From an uncultured Prevotellaceae bacterium (GTDB taxonomy: Bacteria; Bacteroidota; Bacteroidia; Bacteroidales; Muribaculaceae), in assembly GCA_900316835.1 (NCBI GenBank), contig ONEL01000002.1, positions 37,976 to 101,975 on the forward strand: a stretch of 64,000 nucleotides of DNA, written 5' to 3'. The notes under the pieces were generated by a model. It saw only the letters and a program-made list of their open reading frames with translations. It did not search any database and had not been told where the DNA came from. Numbering within the stretch: position 1 is the stretch's first letter; each line of letters opens with the position of its first letter. Below are positions 62,755-64,000 of this stretch, piece by piece. Position numbers and translations under genes: made by a program.

Positions 62755-64000
62755 TCACAGCCCTTTCCTATCCATTATCTGCAAATTCTCAAAGACTTCA
62801 TCAAACCAACGCGTCTTTTTCAATTCATACCCAACCTTTCTTGCTTCCTGAAATATGTATTTATTGAAAGGAAACACTTGATTTAACTCAAACTCCTCCT
62901 TATAGTCAATATAGCAATTAATCAGATAAGCCAAATCCAACTTCTCGTCAGCAAAGAAATTTTCCAGTCTCATCAACTGTTCAATATTCACCATCACTAC
63001 ATCCTTCACTTCGTAATCTACTGTAACTTTCTTTTCACGTATGATTCGTTGAAATTCTTTATTCAGCAAATAGTTCGGGCCTTCCACATCAAAACAATCA
63101 TCGAAGTACACTATCACGGGGTAGACAAATAACACACTATCGGGAGCCGACTTATCAACTTCGCTCAATATACTTGGTAACTTTTCGACTATCACATTTA
63201 CCAACTGCCCAATCCCTTTCGCATGCCCCTTGGAATTTGCAACATACTTTTCAAAAATTGCGTTTTTAATTGTCTCATAATCACCGCTTAATTTCTTTTT
63301 CGCAGCCATTTGAACATCCTTACATTCAAACACGAATATCCTATTTCGACGTCTCAGATAATAGTCTGGCATTCCCTTCCCCAGAGCCTTTTCCAATTCT
63401 TCTCCACTATAATTCACATAATTCAAACCAAAACATTTTTTCATCAAGGAATAAAAGAAGAAGTGTTCCGAGAACTCCTCACCTAAAAACGACCGAAGAT
63501 TAGCATACCCCATTGTGCCATCCAACACTCCCCTCTTAACTAAAGCGTCCTTCATATCAAAAAGAAGTCCGGTATATGCTTTATCCAAAAACATCTTCAT
63601 AAACATGAAGATGTAGATATTGGAACCCGTCTTAATTAGAGGCTTTTCCTTCATCATCAGAAAATCCATATCATGTTGATAATGCGATGGATTTAGTGTC
63701 AACGAATCATAGAAACGACAAGCATCCTTCTGATTCTCACCAATGGCCATTCTGCAATTAGATAAATCCTCTTTTCCCATTTCCAGAAAAGTCAGAAAGA
63801 TCTCATCCAAATAATACTTGGCACTGGGTATATCTTTTTCCTTGCAGAATTCATCAACATATTGTGCAAACTTAGTGTTATACTTTGGGAATTCTATCAA
63901 GAGCATATAACACTTTATCATCAACAGCCTATAATCTCTTGGTGCTTCAATGTTATCACTCTTCAAGCAATCTGGCATATAAGACTCGACAAACTCTTCT
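62755..64000 (-). CDS. hypothetical protein with a PD-(D/E)xK-like nuclease motif; may extend beyond the right edge
   Basis: The track ORF is 62755..63978 (407 aa). The frame stays open upstream of the ATG to the window end (EEFVESY-M...). The motif is GMPDYYLRRRNRIFVFECKD (PD...ExK). The region is visibly AT-rich relative to the rest of the window. Confidence 0.5.
   Translation of the reverse strand, partial: EEFVESYMPDCLKSDNIEAPRDYRLLMIKCYMLLIEFPKYNTKFAQYVDEFCKEKDIPSAKYYLDEIFLTFLEMGKEDLSNCRMAIGENQKDACRFYDSLTLNPSHYQHDMDFLMMKEKPLIKTGSNIYIFMFMKMFLDKAYTGLLFDMKDALVKRGVLDGTMGYANLRSFLGEEFSEHFFFYSLMKKCFGLNYVNYSGEELEKALGKGMPDYYLRRRNRIFVFECKDVQMAAKKKLSGDYETIKNAIFEKYVANSKGHAKGIGQLVNVIVEKLPSILSEVDKSAPDSVLFVYPVIVYFDDCFDVEGPNYLLNKEFQRIIREKKVTVDYEVKDVVMVNIEQLMRLENFFADEKLDLAYLINCYIDYKEEFELNQVFPFNKYIFQEARKVGYELKKTRWFDEVFENLQIMDRKGL

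Overview
This looks like a Bacteroidota-type (probably Bacteroidales) chromosome segment. The evidence is a SusC/SusD PUL, many lipoproteins, TAnnTTTG -7 promoter boxes and no obvious Shine-Dalgarno sites; the taxon is a guess. No rRNA, tRNA, CRISPR array, transposase or integrase was seen.

Housekeeping content:
- rimP-nusA-infB-folK
- two tandem POT peptide transporters, sufE and a PpiD-like chaperone
- a LytS-type kinase with a LytTR regulator, and a SemiSWEET
- a tricorn-like S41 peptidase
- a LacI-linked SusC/D/E/F alpha-glucan-type PUL whose susC carries a 1-nt frameshift
- a gamma-CA-like protein and aminopeptidase P
- two ECF sigma modules and an M16 peptidase
- an Ldt-SH3-Ldt trio and metK

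Accessory content:
- A type I R-M operon (hsdM-hsdS-[four-helix-bundle gene]-hsdR) is bracketed by 54-bp direct repeats.
- It is followed by an AT-rich gene with a PD-(D/E)xK-like motif that runs off the right edge.

Most unusual observations:
1. A minus-strand cluster (1082..9686) places a tubulin/FtsZ-like GTPase directly upstream of a 1143-aa protein with actin/Hsp70-fold (ASKHA) motifs. A vWA-like lipoprotein, a 4-TM protein and a bitopic charged protein accompany them. I read this as a candidate uncharacterised two-NTPase, membrane-associated system.
2. A capsid-like gene with an N-terminal TM helix and an acidic partner sits among core genes, with no other phage genes nearby.
3. There are two families of short-period tandem arrays with palindromic cores, TCTAGA+3 nt (9-bp period) and ATGCAT+1 nt (7-bp period). 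They sit at gene ends and bracket both four-helix-bundle (23S-IVS-type) genes as inverted arrays.

All functional calls come from motif recognition by eye. No database search was possible.
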